In this document: positions 39,000-53,689 of the stretch, in pieces
How the letters are laid out: each line of letters starts with the position of its first letter
How positions within the stretch are numbered: position 1 is the first letter of the stretch
Assembly (NCBI GenBank): GCA_010909165.1
Contig: MU008179.1
Coordinates: 186,001 to 250,000 of the forward strand
DNA: 64,000 bases
Direction: 5' to 3'
Source: Anthoceros angustus
Lineage: Eukaryota > Plantae > Anthocerotophyta
Position numbers and translations under genes: made by a program
Notes under the pieces: model-generated
What the model saw: the letters and a program-made list of their open reading frames with translations, nothing else
Told to the model about the DNA's origin: nothing
Databases searched by the model: none

Positions 39000-41178
39000 T
39001 GCTTGCGCACTTGTTGACCTTCCCACCCGCCGTCCTCCACGCGATTGCCGGCCTCTCAATCCCTTCCCTCTTTTTCCTCGATTGTCTACCGCAAGCGGTG
39101 GCTTGAACCCTTGAGTGCCATGGAGGCAAATCCCGGTCCGTTGCATCCACCATCGTCATCTTCCACGTCTTCGTCGTCGGGCTGGATATGATCCACCGGC
39201 CTGGGCCATCGGCGAAATGCCATCGCCAAACCCCTCATTGTCACGGTCCCCACCGCATCCTCATCTTCGTCTTCGTCGGCTAGAGGTTAGGGTGACATCA
39301 TCGCGTGACCATGGGCTAGGAAAAACCCGCGGCGGGTGTGGGCGGACTGTTGCTTGGACTCGAGCACCGGACGTCCGTGGCAACCCCTCTTACCGAGCTT
39401 TCATTTCGCAAACTAGTTCTTTGAAAGCGTGTCCATGAATTATATTTTGTGCCACCACCTTTTGTTGCGGTTTCACGCGGATCATGCATATCGATGGCGG
39501 TTGCCAGCGACACAGCGGATGGATTTACTGATCCCATTAGGGCACTAGGAGTTGCCATTTGATTTCCACTCGGCGCGAGATGCCATGCTAGGGGCCTTCT
39601 ACGCAAGTATGCCCTTTCGATGTAAGCAATGCATCATCCACACCTTCTAAACATTCTTTGGTGCAAAGCCTTGTGGAAGACACGATGTCCATCACCCATG
39701 CCTCAAAAGTTCTTGCCTTTTCCTGGTTGTACGCCACAATGTCAAAGTTCTTCACCGCAAATTGTATACTCTAATCCATTGCGGGTCCGACGAAGAGGCT
39801 CCTTGTGCTTGAGCGGATCGAATATAGCGTACACTGCTCATCCCTTGTTGCGTGAAAACAAGCCTCCCGCACATTTCTTTTTGGGGTGTGGTTCATCCTC
39901 CTCCATCGACACATACAAGAAGAGCAAGTCTTGATTGGGTCGTTGTTGCCTTATCCAACTTCTCTTTGTAATGTCAAATGGCGAGATCATCTTGTACATC
40001 CGGTGGATCAAGTCAATATCGGACCGCTTGTAAGGACTACGGAAAGATGCCTTGTGTGAGGATGCTCTTGTGGAAAGACCGCATCGGTGGCGCGATTTGA
40101 GTTGTCCTTGGAGTCGGTGGAGTGCAGGCTCGTCGCCTCGTTCAAGGCACGTGAGTGCTCCCTTCCGTCGCGCCTTTTTTCTCCACCGGGCGTCTGCGAT
40201 TTGTTGGAGTCATTCTTCGCTTGCCTTGGAGGCCATTACATGCAACTATGAAAGAAGTGAGATCACGAAGTGTTTAGATTGTTAAAAGCGATACGCATGA
40301 GCTGCAACTTCTCGAACACGGGACGATCTGTGCAAGCGGGAGTTGAAGTTGATGCTCACGGCCGACTGCTGCACCCTCGAGAACAACACAATTGCTGCTG
40401 ATGAGGAGGTCGACGGTGTCTGTTATCTGCGGTGCCGGCTGTGATGGACAAAGTGCGGGTGAGTGTGAGCGACCCGTTTTCGATCCGCGGCAATCTCTTC
40501 CACACACATAAGCTAGATGGAAATACATCTTCCGCGAGAATGAATCTACACCATCCGAGAAAGGGAAGGTGGTGTGCCTTCATGAAGGAAGACACGGGGC
40601 AAGGCGCTCTGTAATCAAGCAACTCCTTAAATGCTTTATGCGGCCGTGTTTTGCCATTGTCGGCTAATGGGGCAAATGTAATAGCATATTCTAAGGTATA
40701 TACTAGTTATGCGGCTAAAATAGTGTTCGGGTGGCATAACGATGGGCACCTAGGTGATTCATCATCCACCGACTAGCGGTATACGAGCGTTTCCTACCGC
40801 AAAGTGGGCACCTCGACTTCATTGCCGGCATTTAGTAAGGCTCTTTTGACGGCCTTAATTGTATCGAGTCTTGCGCATCCCTTCTCATCCACCTTGCGCA
40901 TCTCCTCCTCCTCCCGGTGGGCGTCGCGCCTCGCCAGAAACAGCAAGGGACGGCGTGTTTGATTTGCAAATTCGGGCGGTAGATTGGGATGCATGTCATT
41001 ACCGGGTGGCCATGAGTCGGCGACTCAATTGTTGATCTCGGGGATGCACAACCCCGTCGTAGTTTTAGAGGATGATTCATAGGCTATGGCGGCCAGCGTC
41101 GTGAAGCGGTCCTTGAAGAGACCGGTGGCGGACTTCTGGTGGAGGCGATGACGATGTCGTGTTCGGATATGGAGGGCG

Positions 41179-44100
41179 TAACAAATGTAAGGTTGATGTA
41201 GATCAATTACCATTTAGTAATTACATATTTCATTGAGTATCAAGAAAGAACTTAAGTGCTTATCTTGAAAGACACTATCTAAAACTTAAAAGACATAAGC
41301 ATTGGTAAGGGTGCGTAACCCTATTGAAGGTACTTCTAATATATTTATTTCAGCTACCCTTATAATAGCATATATAATTAATGATGACCTAATTCGGATA
41401 TACATCCTTTAACACTCCCACTTGGTGATCATATCGAAAGTGAATTGTCTTGCGCCTTGTCCTCCTGTGAACCTTGCAACTCCGCTATGGACTATGATTG
41501 CCTTGCATCCGGTGCTCTCGCTGGCGTCCTCATTCGGTACTTAATGGGCGTGCTCTTGAAAAGCCGATTGCGACCGGTCGCTATCTCTCCTCGCCTTGTT
41601 TCTGCATGCTAGCCACGAGTGCACAGAGTAAGGCGAGAAAGATGTCGTCTTCTTCGAGGAGAAGATGGTTCAGCCATGTGAGAGCAGTAGGGAAGGTTCG
41701 CGACTAGGGCGGCCTAGGACAAGCACCTCGTGCTCAACTAGAAGAGGTGGGGGTTGTCGGTGCCGAGGCAGCTCAACCCGCGGAGAGACCCGGTGGCGGA
41801 GGAGCGACAAGGCCGCCCTTGCGGCAAGCGAGCGTGAGGGCTATGGGAGCCCCTCAACACCCTAGGCTGCTGCGCCCGCGTCCTCGGCTGTTCAAGTTAG
41901 CGAGAAACCAAAGGAGGCTCACGGCGGACTTCTAGCACCGATCTTGGACTGTTGCTATGGGGCTGTGGCTGATGCTGATCTTCCTCTCGGTTCCCTAAGG
42001 AGCATTGGAAGGATACCAAAATAATTGGCCTTGGCACCTTGTTGAAACCTAATTCGCGGCGTAGTGCAGTGCACCATGTCTTGTGTGGTGATGAAGCGCA
42101 TCAAGTGCGTGAGGCGAGTTTAGGACATGTTGTTAGCATTTACCGTGAGTGCTCTTCTTTTGGTTGCCCTTTTGATTTGCTTACTCACGCCTTCCTAATT
42201 GACTTGCCTTGTGCGGGTTACGTACAAGCTTGAGGAGGGATGTTCCTTGACTACATGTCATCTCCTTCTTCATCCGGGCACGTGTTGGTCCGATTTCCTC
42301 GCAGCCGACATGACTCGACAACCCTAAGGAGGTGTCGAAACTTCAAGATAGTGGACTACGGCTATTAGGTTGTAGTGGGTGGGCGGTTTTCATTTTGCGG
42401 CTTAAGTGATTGAATTGCAGCTAGGAAAGCGATGACTCTCTAGCCCAAGACCCTTAACGTGCTTCTCGTGTAGCTCACGTCCAGTTTAGTAAGAACATCG
42501 CGGATTGTCTTGTGTTGGTATGTATTGCAATCCGATTGTTCTCGCAACAAGCTCTCGAATATAGTGGTACTCAACTAGCGTGTTTTGTCCTAGAGTGGAA
42601 CACGGATTCTTAGCAGTGCTATTGAGCCTTGGTTGTCGGTGTGGATGGATGCGGTAGGGAGTTCGATCCTAGCTCGAGCAAGAGCTTGCACCATACAACC
42701 TCTTTTGCTGCGATGGCACCGATATTCCCTGTCTTTGGATAGAGCAGTTGGTGCTTTTCTGGACCAACAGATAGGACCACCACTACACACCACGTATCCT
42801 GGCGGTTTTACGTGTCTACATCACCGGAGTCCGAGTCATAAACTTCTAGGTCTAAGGGTTCCCATCTCATGTGAGTACTGATACCTCATTGGCGGTTCCC
42901 TTAAGATACCTAAAGACTCGCAACACAACTCCAATGTTCTGTCGATTTTCAAGATATTGTGACGCTTGTTGCATAAGCTACTTCGGCCTTGTAGTGTTTG
43001 CGGCATATGAGCTTTCCAACGCTTGTAGTCGTTAGCCATCGATCCTTCTCACTTTGTATGGTAGGTGACATGCTCTTCGAGCTTGATCCGATGGGAAGAG
43101 GTGGGCTACCTTAACATCCTTTTAAGCGCTCGGCCTTTGTCAAGTAAGTATCTAGGTGTTAGAGTGATAACCTTAGAAAGCTGTTTCTTTGAATGTGGAT
43201 TCAAGGCAACTCAAGCGGGCCTAAATTTGACATCTTAAATTTTGTAGCCAAAAGATCCGTTATCTTGTCAATATAGGGTATTCTTTGGAAGTATCAAGTC
43301 GTCACGTGTGACTAAGTAACATGTGACATCTCCACTTATATATATATATAGGCGCCATCGACTTTGCTTTTGGTGAATCCAAGAGCTAGCGATTCGATAT
43401 CGACTCAACATTCCACTTCAAATGATTGCTTAAGTCCATACAGACATTTTATTAGCTTACAGGCATAGTCTTCTTTGCCCTTAACCTCGTGAGGAGGTTC
43501 TGCATATAAATTTGGGTGTCGTTCCCATTCGAGCGTCTTTACATCGAACATCTGCAGTAATCCTTGTATCTTGTGAGGGCACAAATGGTGCGAAGGGTTG
43601 CAAGCTTGACAAGCTGGAGCAAAGGTCTCGAGTAATCAAGTCCTGGAACTTGGGAGAATCCTCTTGCAACAAGTCGGGCCTTGTACATCGAAGTCTAACC
43701 TTTAGCTTAAATACCCATTTACAAGACACCATTTTTACGCACGGTGGGAGTTTAGCTAACTCCCATGTGCCGTTTTCTATAAGGAATCATCAGTCATTGT
43801 TTTCATCATCGGTGAGTCTTAATCATGGATCGGTGATTAGGTTGAGGAGGTTGCTGCTCGAAACAACAATGTCGGCGTTTGCGGGTTCTATCCTACATCA
43901 TGTTGCGGTTCGTCCCCCTGAGGAGGAACCTCCTCAAGAGTGAAGTCTTCAAAGCGGACGGACGAGGAAGTGAGATCATCAGGCGGATCCTCCTCATTTG
44001 GGAGTAACTCCCTTTGGTTGCGAACCGTCCTTCGCCGAAGGTAACTGCGTGAATAGATGACTTGAGCACGAGAAACATCATACGGTTTATATGCCTTGGA

Positions 44101-47100
44101 CTGAGTCTTCCCTCAGCAGTGATGGTTGCGCTTTATTCGATGGTAGGCAGAGATGTCATAAGGGCTTGACCCGTGGGAAAAGCGATTTGGCATGTAGCAG
44201 AGGAAGCCATCTCTGCGAGTTAGGTTCAAGCGTTACGCTACACCGTTTCTTTGCGGTGTAAACCACTTTAAGTTGCACAATTCCCTCTGGCATGCAATAG
44301 GCTTGAAACTCATGTGATGTGTATTCACCGCCATTGTCGATCGGAGTATCTTATTTCATCCATCTCTCTCGCATACCTCAAGTAGTCTTTGAAATAAGAG
44401 AAGCATTCACTTTTAGCTTTGAGGATGTAAGCAATGACAAATCGGTTTTTGTAAATGCAGAATGTGAAATAACGACCACCTCAAGTGAGGGGCTGTGAAG
44501 AGGCCCACATATGTCGTGTACCATTTCAAGAATCTCGAGCTCGATGTGGAGTTCATTCTTGAAGGCTGCTGGTGGCGCTTAGAAAGCACAGGCCTCACAC
44601 AAAGGTAATGGTGATAATGGCCCAATTTTTCCATCATGGTAAAGGTCACTAGTGGCTAGCCGTAGCTTGGCAGCATGGGGTGACCTAGGCGTGAATGCCA
44701 TAATTTAGCCTTCTCAACTTGTTTTGCGAGCGTCAAGTGAGAAGCTAGATGGGTTTGGGCTACACCAAGATTTGTGTGTGCAAGCAGATCTTGGTCGATG
44801 ATCCGTGGCTAGGATTTTTCGATGATCATATGCATCGATAATCCGACACTTTATGGGGTAAAGAGGATATGGCTATTATTATCCATGTTTAGCTTCCTAA
44901 CGAGATAAGATTTCTAGTCATTTCGGGGGCGTAATATACTTCTATAAGAGATAGTATGACACGAAGGACTGGAATCTTCACGTACTATTCCGGGAGACAC
45001 AAGTGACCTATCATCACCTGTAAAGCACGTCCTTTAAGCGGTTTGTATGTAAGGCATTTCTATCGAAGCGGATGTCTTGTTGTTGCACAGATCTAGGTAC
45101 CATTCATGAAATGGCTTACCATGGATGTTTGTTGACAAGCTGGGGTTAGCAAGGATGTACAAAATCCACGGTCCCTGATCGGGCAGGAGAAGCTTGTTTC
45201 TTCACAACAACGTGTGTCTCGGAAGTGAATTGCCCTCCTTTAGGTATTCGGCTGCTTCTTCGACACTCGTTTTCCCAATGACCGGAACTTGGCACCGGTG
45301 GCATTTTCCGTCTTCTTGGGTTTCTTACGTGAAGATGCTCATGTGAGCTACTTGCATTTGAGGTATTCTATTTACCTGAAGTTGGGCTTTCCCCTTTGTT
45401 TGTTTGTAGTGTACGATTGCATCTTGCTTGCCAGATTGTTCCCTTGTAGCTTCCTCACGGAGAGCTCCACTAGTTCGAAAAGTTGTTTGAGGAAGAGTAA
45501 CACCTTAGCAATTTTCGGCCTTGGTGATGCGAGCGTTGTAAGAAGTCACAAAGTGTGACCAAGAGTGGGAGCGACATCATGAGGTACATTGTGAGCAAAT
45601 CATCCTTAAGACTTTCCTGTGAAGCACTTTCAAGTTTAGAAACCGTGTTCTAAAGAATCCGATGTGTTTCTCAATTGTATCCCCATCTCTCATTCTGCGA
45701 TTCGAACATTGCGAGGCATCATTTTAGTGGTATTGGTGCTGCAAGTCCTGGCTTTGGTCCATATATGCGATGTTTTGCATCAGGATGTCTCATCATGTCG
45801 AGAGGTAAGCCCACTCGGATCGGATACATTGACTTAGTCATAAGTCCACCTTCGACTCTTCTTCTCAATAGCGGGGTGTAGAAAGAGGGGTCGATGTGAA
45901 CTTGTCCTCCCATGGCAAATTTCCATAGCTTTTTATTTTGCGTGCTCACGCATCCGCATGACCCGGATGTCATAATCATTCCTCCAAACTGTCCTTTTCT
46001 TTGAAACCATCTCCACCGAGGTTAGAGGTGGGATCGTATGTTTCTAGGGCATTGTCCCTCCCTAGGAATTATGACCATTAGCTAATGCTAAAATGCTTTG
46101 ACCACCTATCATGCGTCGAGCGAGCTTTGCAAAGGAACACCTAAAATGCTTGTTACATCAAAGGTGAGGCGCCATGCGGTGAATCCTCTGAGAGGATTAG
46201 TAGGGTTAGCAGTCTGTCATTATGAAGCATTGCATGCATGCACGATTCAGTGATTCTATTGTTCGCTCTCCCACCTATTGTAAGCATAGGTAGAACACGA
46301 AGGGCATGAGTTTGGACAATCAATTTAAGACCTTTGCTAGTTTTGCTACGCGCATGCGATTACTCTGGGCTGGATCGTCGATGGTTTAGGCTTTAGCAAT
46401 GTTAGCGACTTAAAATCAATGTGCAAAATGCTCTTTCAAATCCGGGGCGTCAACACCACGGAAGAAATTCTGGTTAGTATTACTATATCTTCTATCCACG
46501 CTCCTTTGGTGTGCTTGATCCTCTCGGTTAGATCACTAACAACATTGTGTGGAGTTGTATGTGTAGTAATAAAACCTGCAGTTGCGTTGCACGAAACACG
46601 TCGAACGGATTTTGGGAAGATTGTTGGGATTCACGGGAGGCGGAGTCGAGAAGATTCCTCTCGTTGCGGTAGAGAGTCTCTATTATTGTGTTGAAGGATT
46701 CCCTTAGTTCAATGGATTGCATGTGGTCATCTTGATTGCGAGCTATCCATTGACAAGTTGCATGATGGAGTCGCTCGGCAATTGAAGCCCTAGTACGCAC
46801 CTGATTAGCGGTAGATTTGTTCTCCTCACGGCTACCCATCTAGGGACATCGATGTCTGCGCAATTCCCCGATTGGGAGCCTCCAAGTTGTTGGCCATTCA
46901 TTTGGCCTTGTTACGTATTGTTAGAGTGCATTTTATGCATTCTAGATTTTGTAGTAAATTTTCTATAAGCTGCTGCGGTCATTGTCCTAGGGTATTTCCA
47001 TCATCTTCGGAAAGATCTCGTGATGCGCTAGAACTACTACCTCGATCTGCTAATTTCTATAGAAAACAGCGGGAAACAATACAAAACATTTTCTTGATGT

Positions 47101-47465
47101 ATATATTGTGTTCTTGATTTAATTAGTATTTCTAATCAAGAAACAACAAAAACATATACAAAAATGCACATTTCAGATGATTTTATGTGCATCCCTAGGA
47201 TGCAACCTACATCGAAATGCTCGATACCATAACAAATGTAAGGTTGATGTAGATCAATTACCATTTAGTAATTACATATTTCATTGAGTATCAAGAAAGA
47301 ACTTAAGTGCTTATCTTTGAAAAGACACTATCTAAAACTTAAAAGACATAAGCTGGTAAGGTCGTAACCCTATTGAGCAGGTACTTCTAATATATTTATT
47401 TCAGCTACCCTTATAATAGCATATATAGTGTCTTGACCTAATTCAGATATCAACACTATCCTTTA
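41179..47465 (-). mobile_element. Second, near-identical copy of copia A (part of the 10.5-kb tandem duplication)
   Basis: Same flanks and sequence at an offset of ~10480. Confidence 0.92.
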
Positions 47466-50400
47466 GAGCGGAGGATATGGTTGCCGATGGCGACCTTTTA
47501 CATGCGATCCAGATGCGATGCGGGCGGAGAGGATCGCAAGAAGAACTCGTGCGAGCGTTTAACCGGATGTCCGGTGCTCGACGCGAGCAGCGGCGAGGCG
47601 GCCGTGTGCCACCACGAGGCGGCACAGAACATCCATCCGGACTTCTTGGATCACCCAGTGGCGGCGCATCGCGAAGATGTACCTCGGCGCATTTGGGCGG
47701 CCGCGGATAACACCGGACGCCTGCGGCGACAAGGTCGGCCCTCCGGCGGATCTTTGTGGCGGGTCGAATACTATCGAGAATGTGCTAGCGGGAACCGGGC
47801 AAGACTACGATGTGGAGAGTGTTGCGAGTCTCGGACTTTGGTGAGAAGATCCACATTGTTGATTTTGGGCTTGGCTTGGAAACAATATCGCCTTGGTGAT
47901 GGCGGAGTTACCGACTTGGAGTCGTCAAGAGCTAATGTGGTCCGTGGTCCCGGATCTTTGTTTGGTGATTGTGATGCCATCCGTTGGAGTTGCGAGATGA
48001 TGCCTCGCGCACATCCGCCAAAAAAGGGTGAACGAGCTGCTGCAGCGTTGCCAAGCGTACCTCCGGCGAGCTAGAATGGATTTGGTCTTAGAGAAGCATT
48101 GTTCAGGCCAAGTTGTGCGATTTAAAGCGGCATTGTTGTGACAAAAATGTTTAGGCGTGTTGGCCATTCAAATTGAAGGTGATTCGTGTAGCATTCTTCC
48201 GCATGACAAAAGGAGAGCAGGGCGCATTTGCAAGACCATCGGATCGATCGAAGGCGAAGAGGAGTTGTTGCCCATAGTATGGATAAACCGGATTCCACAT
48301 GGGAAGAAAGCGGTGTGTGTGAGGGCTTTCATCGGGTTTTACGCATTGGGTCACTAAGATACAAGAATGCGCAAACCGGTAGTGAAAAATGTTAGATGGA
48401 CCGTAGGCTACGGTCTCATAAAGCAAACGCCATATGGATTACACATCATGTGGATGGGCGTTTTCTTCAAAGGTCGGAAAGGCGCGGGAAGTCTTCAACT
48501 TGCCGACTGCATAAAAGAGGAGATCTTCATTGAGTATGCCGAGCAGCGAAACGGTCGATGTGCTCCCACGTTTATTCTGACTACTTTTGCAAGCTTTGGA
48601 TGAAGTATTTCCGGTTTAAAATACCACGGTGCAAGGTTTTCGATCTGTCGGTGCGATGACCTAAAGAGGAAAATAAAAGACGCGGTCGGACCACGTACAA
48701 GGTGAGATGGCGGTCCTTATTCCAGTGTCACCGGATGTCCCCGAACTTTGGCGCAACCCCATGGCCTCATACCCTTTTCTTGCGAATGAAGGCGGGGCTT
48801 GAAACAAACCGTGTGCACATTCTTGGCCTATTGTTGCGTGTGCAGACAAGAATGTGGGTACTCGAGACTCCACGAGAACAACAACGAAGGAGGCGAAAAT
48901 GCGCGGCACCGGCACAAGTGCTTGGGCGGCTAAGTTCATTGGTATTGCCATAGATGGTATGGACCAAAAAAGCGAGTTGCCCCATTCAGATTGCCAAACG
49001 GTTGATTCGGAGCCCTTGTCGGGCTTCACGTTCTAGGTGTCTGGTGTTCAACTACTTGGTGCGCACAGTGTATTTGAGTTTCGAATGTGAGAAATGATCC
49101 GAAGCTGGCCGTGATTGACATGTTATCAATACAGGAGGGCCGCTCCCCTATTCTATACTTGCGGATGGACAACACTGCTCAAAACAAGAATCGAGGTATT
49201 GGCATATCATCCATGCTTGTGGCGAAAGGTATCTTCAAAAATCAAGGTGGGGTTTCTTCTTGTTGGCCATACCCACGATCGATTGACCAAATGTTTTCGA
49301 GGTTCTCGGTTGTGCTAGGGTTGAAGGATGCTTTCACTGCGAAATGATAGGGTTCTTTGGAGCGGGCGTACACCCCATCACCATGATTCACATCTTGAAG
49401 GAGGTGCGGACTTCAAGACCTATCTATGGCCGAAGGGGATCGTCGCAACGTATGACTTGCATAATCACGATTTTCAACACGGTTCAAAATAACAAGGAGA
49501 AGGCGCTATCGGAGAGGACGTGGATGCTAAGATGCAAGGAGTTTTCAAGTTCGATCCGTCACCGGAGGGTGGTGTGCGCTATTACGTTCGGTGCCACCAC
49601 GGGTGATTGTGGCGCTCCATTGTTGCCGTTGGTCCCATCACATGCCCAAGGTAAAGGAAAGGGACATGCAAAGCGGAAGGATGCCCCGATGTCCGTGTCG
49701 ATCGATAGTCTCAAGGCGGTGGCGTGGCGGCGGAGTCCATGAAGTAAAAGCGGGCCTAGAACGCAGGCGACATATGAATGTGGAGCAACTATCATGGTGG
49801 GATACGTTGGGATGAGCAGTGTAATAGCAGAGACTAGCGGTGGCATTCCATTCCCGTTGGAGCAGAATGGTCTTGGTACACTCGCGATGAAGAAAACGAG
49901 GTACCACTGTAGACCCTCCGGACTCAACTTTGGTTGATCATCCCGGAGACGGATTTTTGGACATGGTCGGAGGTGTACAGGGCACATCAGTGCGGAGGGA
50001 GGGCAAGGCGAGGCTCGGTCGAGGTTGTGTGAAGGAGATTGAGGAGGGAATGATGGTTGCTGTCAAGCGGATGATCCAGGCGGACCATTCGCTCGCAAAA
50101 GTGGTGGAGGTGGACCATGATCTTGGGGTCCCTTTCATGATAGTTCATTGGTGGCGGACGAGAACAATGATGCATTCGAGGAAGGTACATGGAGGAGTTT
50201 GTGATCTGGCGCCCACCGGTCGAGGGAAAAAGTGCGGCGATCAAAGAATGGAGGCGAGGCGTCGGGAGAAGCATTTGCAAAGCCTCAACTTCCGAGACAA
50301 ATGTGCTGGCCTATGATTTCATGACAAGGAACAAGGCGTTGCAGAGGGCGACAATGAAGCGATAAAGACCAAAGTCTTTGAGTTGCGTCGAGCCGGTGAT

Positions 50401-51600
50401 GAACCGGAGAGCTTCCGGTGACACGAATGTCATGCCCCGACATGATTGACTCGGAAGACCTCGACAATGTGGAATCAACGGATGAGTCCACGACGTGGTG
50501 GTGGACCGGTGGATGGTCCGGACTGGAGAGGAGCCGGACGGTAGGCAACCTAATATTGTCAACTTTCCAGTTCCTTGTACCGGGGCGTTATGTCCCCCGG
50601 GCTTGAATGCGTGGATTGTTTTCGTCTTTTCGTGGAAAGGTTTAACGACTTGCCATCGGCATCATCTCTGTTGTAGGAAGTTGGTGTGATAATGTCCGGA
50701 GCATGTAACGGCGACTATGTCGAAACCAGATCCAATGTGGTGCTCTAATTTTCTAACAATGTTCGGTGGTTTTGTCCAGGTTGAGAGTAGCAGCGAGGTT
50801 TCAATGGTGATCATGCAGGTCATCTATGTTCTGACCTTGCGGTGTGGCAAGTGTTCCCCGGAGGATGGTCACAGGATGTCCGTGGCAAAGGTATGTATGC
50901 CGCAGCAAGTGCGCCAATGTTTGTTTTCGGTTCTAGTTAGGACCGCCTAATGACTATGGGGTGGAACGGACGGGGTCGATCTCAGGCGGTGGCGATTCGG
51001 TGACAGGGCACATCAGTGCGGAGGGAGGGCAAGGCGAGGCTCGGTCGGAGGTTGTGTGAAGGAGATTGAGGAGGGAATGATGGTTGCTGTCAAGCGGATG
51101 ATCCAGGAGGGACCATTACGGCTCGCAAAAGTGGTGGAGGTGGACCATGATGCTGGGGTCCCTTTCATGATAGTTCATTGGTGGCGGACAATGATGCATT
51201 CGAGGAAGGTACATGGAGGAGTTTGTGATCTGAGCCCACGGTCGAGGGAAAAAGTGCGATCAAAGAATGGAGGCGAGGCGTCGGGAGAAGCATTTGCAAA
51301 GCCTCAACTTCCCGAGACAAATGTGCTGGCCTATGATTTGTGACAAGGAACAAGGCGTTGCGAGGGCGACAATGAAGGCGATAAAGACCAAAGTCTTTGA
51401 GTTGCGTCGAGCCGGTGATGAACGGCGAGACTTCCGCCGGTGACACGAATGTCATGCCCAAGACATGATTGACTCGGAAGACCTCGACAATGTGGAATCA
51501 GCGGATGAGTCCACGACGTGGTGGTGGACCGGTGGATGGTCCGGACTGGAGAGAGGAGCCGACGGTAGCAACCTAATATTGTCAACTTTCCAGTTCCTTG
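47466..51600 (+). pseudogene. Sola-like (DUF7869-type) DDE transposase, most complete copy; N-terminus at ~41086-41178 on the far side of the copia insertion; C-terminal ~1 kb duplicated
   Basis: IAIDGMDQK..LPH (~48945), LYL.MDN...NKN (~49155), F.KIKVGFLLVGHTH..IDQMFSRFS (~49235-49305); C-terminal MMVAV...LAKVVEVDHD..VPFMIVHWW. Confidence 0.8.
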
Positions 51601-52020
51601 TACCAGAGTTATGTCCCTCGGGCTTGAATGCGATGGATTGTTTTCGTCTTTTCGTGGAAAGGTTTAACTTGCCATCGGCATCATCTCTGTTGTAGTTGGC
51701 GTGTGATAATGTCCGGAGCATGTAACGGCGACTATGTCGAAACCGATCCCAACAATGTGGTGCTCTAATTTTCTAACAATGTTACGGTGGTTTTGTCCGA
51801 TTGAGAGTAGCGGCGAGGTTTCAATGGTGATCATGCAGTCATCTATGTTCGACCTTGCGGTGTGGCAAGTGTTCCCCGGAGGATGGTCACGACAGGATGT
51901 CCGGCGTATGCCGCAAAGCAAGTGCGCCAATGTTTGTTTTCGGTTCTAGTTAGGGACCGCCCCCATGACTATGGGGTGGAACGGACGGGGTCGATCTCGG
52001 TGGCGATTCGGTGACAGGGC
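49977..52020. repeat. ~1.03-kb tandem duplication of the transposase 3' end
   Basis: ACAGGGCACATCAGTGCGG at 49977 and 51003. Confidence 0.9.
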
Positions 52021-53689
52021 GCAGTAAAAGCGGTGAGTACACGAAGGCGGGCTCAAAAGCAGCGTCTTCCTCCACTGCTTCCACCGTGAGGTTGTCTTCC
52101 ACCTCCTTTGTGGTTTGTGCACGCCGCTCATCCCTCCTCTGGCGGAGCCGTCCTCACGCCATGCTCCTCCACCTCCTTCCGACCTCGTGCGGGTTTTTTG
52201 CCTTGTTCCCCCTCCTCCTTACGTCCCATCCATCCAACCTTCCTTGAACTAACCTTCATTTGTTTGCATACGGATGAGGACTCGCAGGTGGCTACGAGTC
52301 ACCACCTCGTATCACAAGGGAGGATGTGGAGGCAAAGCGAGGCCGGCGGAGAAGGATGGAAGTTGCCCATCCAGGACTTGTGTGGAGGCCATTTGGGTCT
52401 CCACAGGCGTGGGCGGGGAAAAAGCATGGTATGGCCATCTCCTTCCATGCAGAGGGTGGCGGTGGCATCGTAGATTTTCCAGATCTTTGCGGTAGGAAAA
52501 AGCCAAGGGGCTGGAAGAGGACTATAGGATAGCGAAGGAGGGGTTCCGGAGGCGAAGGGTGCAGCAACTCCAGCCAGTCGCAGAGGAAGGAGGGTGAAGG
52601 AAGAGCACGAGGACTGTCCGGTCCGCAATTGTTTAGAGCTTCCCTTGACCTTGCTGCCGTGAGTCCATGCACAAGCTTACGCGAATGAAGGTTGCTGCGG
52701 AGGAGGCTGCCGGAGCGGGAGCTGGGTGGAAGTGAAGGAGGAGGCGGTAAGCACTTACCTCTACCTTTTCGCTTGAGAGTTGAGCATGGTTGTCGTGCAC
52801 TAACGGGCTGTTCATTGTGGCGAGACAGTGATGGGGACACCCTTGGCAAAGCGGAGAACCTTGGAGATAGGAGCGTGAAGTGGGTTACCTAGGTTTTTTG
52901 CAAGCGATCAGAGACTAGAAGCGGGGCGGGAGGGGAAGAAAGGGAGGGAGAGGGGTTGGATGCTTTAGCTTTCTCGTGGCTTCACCGGGTCGAGTTGGGG
53001 GCGCAATCACATGATTTTGTGTATGTCAAGTTTTAGCGTCGATGTGCAAGCCATATGCGCGCCAGTGTGAAGCGGAAGCGGGGTTTGAGTTTGGGGAATG
53101 CGATTCGGGAATGTTTTGTCCGTCCGGACGGTGGCTATGAGCCAACGGTCAATGTCACATGGACTAGAGGAGGCGGTTACATGTGAACTACACCATATCG
53201 GTTTTCCAATACTTTATTAGCGAAATGTATTCATCAAGATATACTTTGTACCTTGGGGATGTATATTTGAATAATATTATTCCATGTATTTTACATGAAT
53301 AACCCTAAGGCCCACAAACAGTGAGCCGCTAGTGATGCATTCATCAATTGTGTAACATGACGGTCTACACTTTTCCATATGCCGGTTTGTAAAGGTAGCT
53401 TTGGTCGTAATGTATCCCAAAAGTGACAGATTGAAATAAAGCCTAAATAAATGTTCTAGTCACGCCATAAATTTATAAGGATCTCTACTTTTCTCCCGAA
53501 TGCCTCTTTTGTTTAACCATGAGACATCGAGGTGTGGAAATATTGCCAATAAATTTCAAGTTTTGATGAAGTGGAATGGGTTTGGGTGTCTTGTCGTTGT
53601 ATTTTTAGCGGCCGTTTCCCACAAACCCTCAAAATCAACGTTCGAGTTTTCTTAAGTGCAAATTTTGATGACATATTTGGCGATCTCGG

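Larger units (their letters stand above)
28519..49512. repeat. 10.5-kb tandem duplication (28519-38999 / 39000-49512)
   Basis: The ORF track repeats at +10480/+10479; junction at 39000. Confidence 0.95.
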
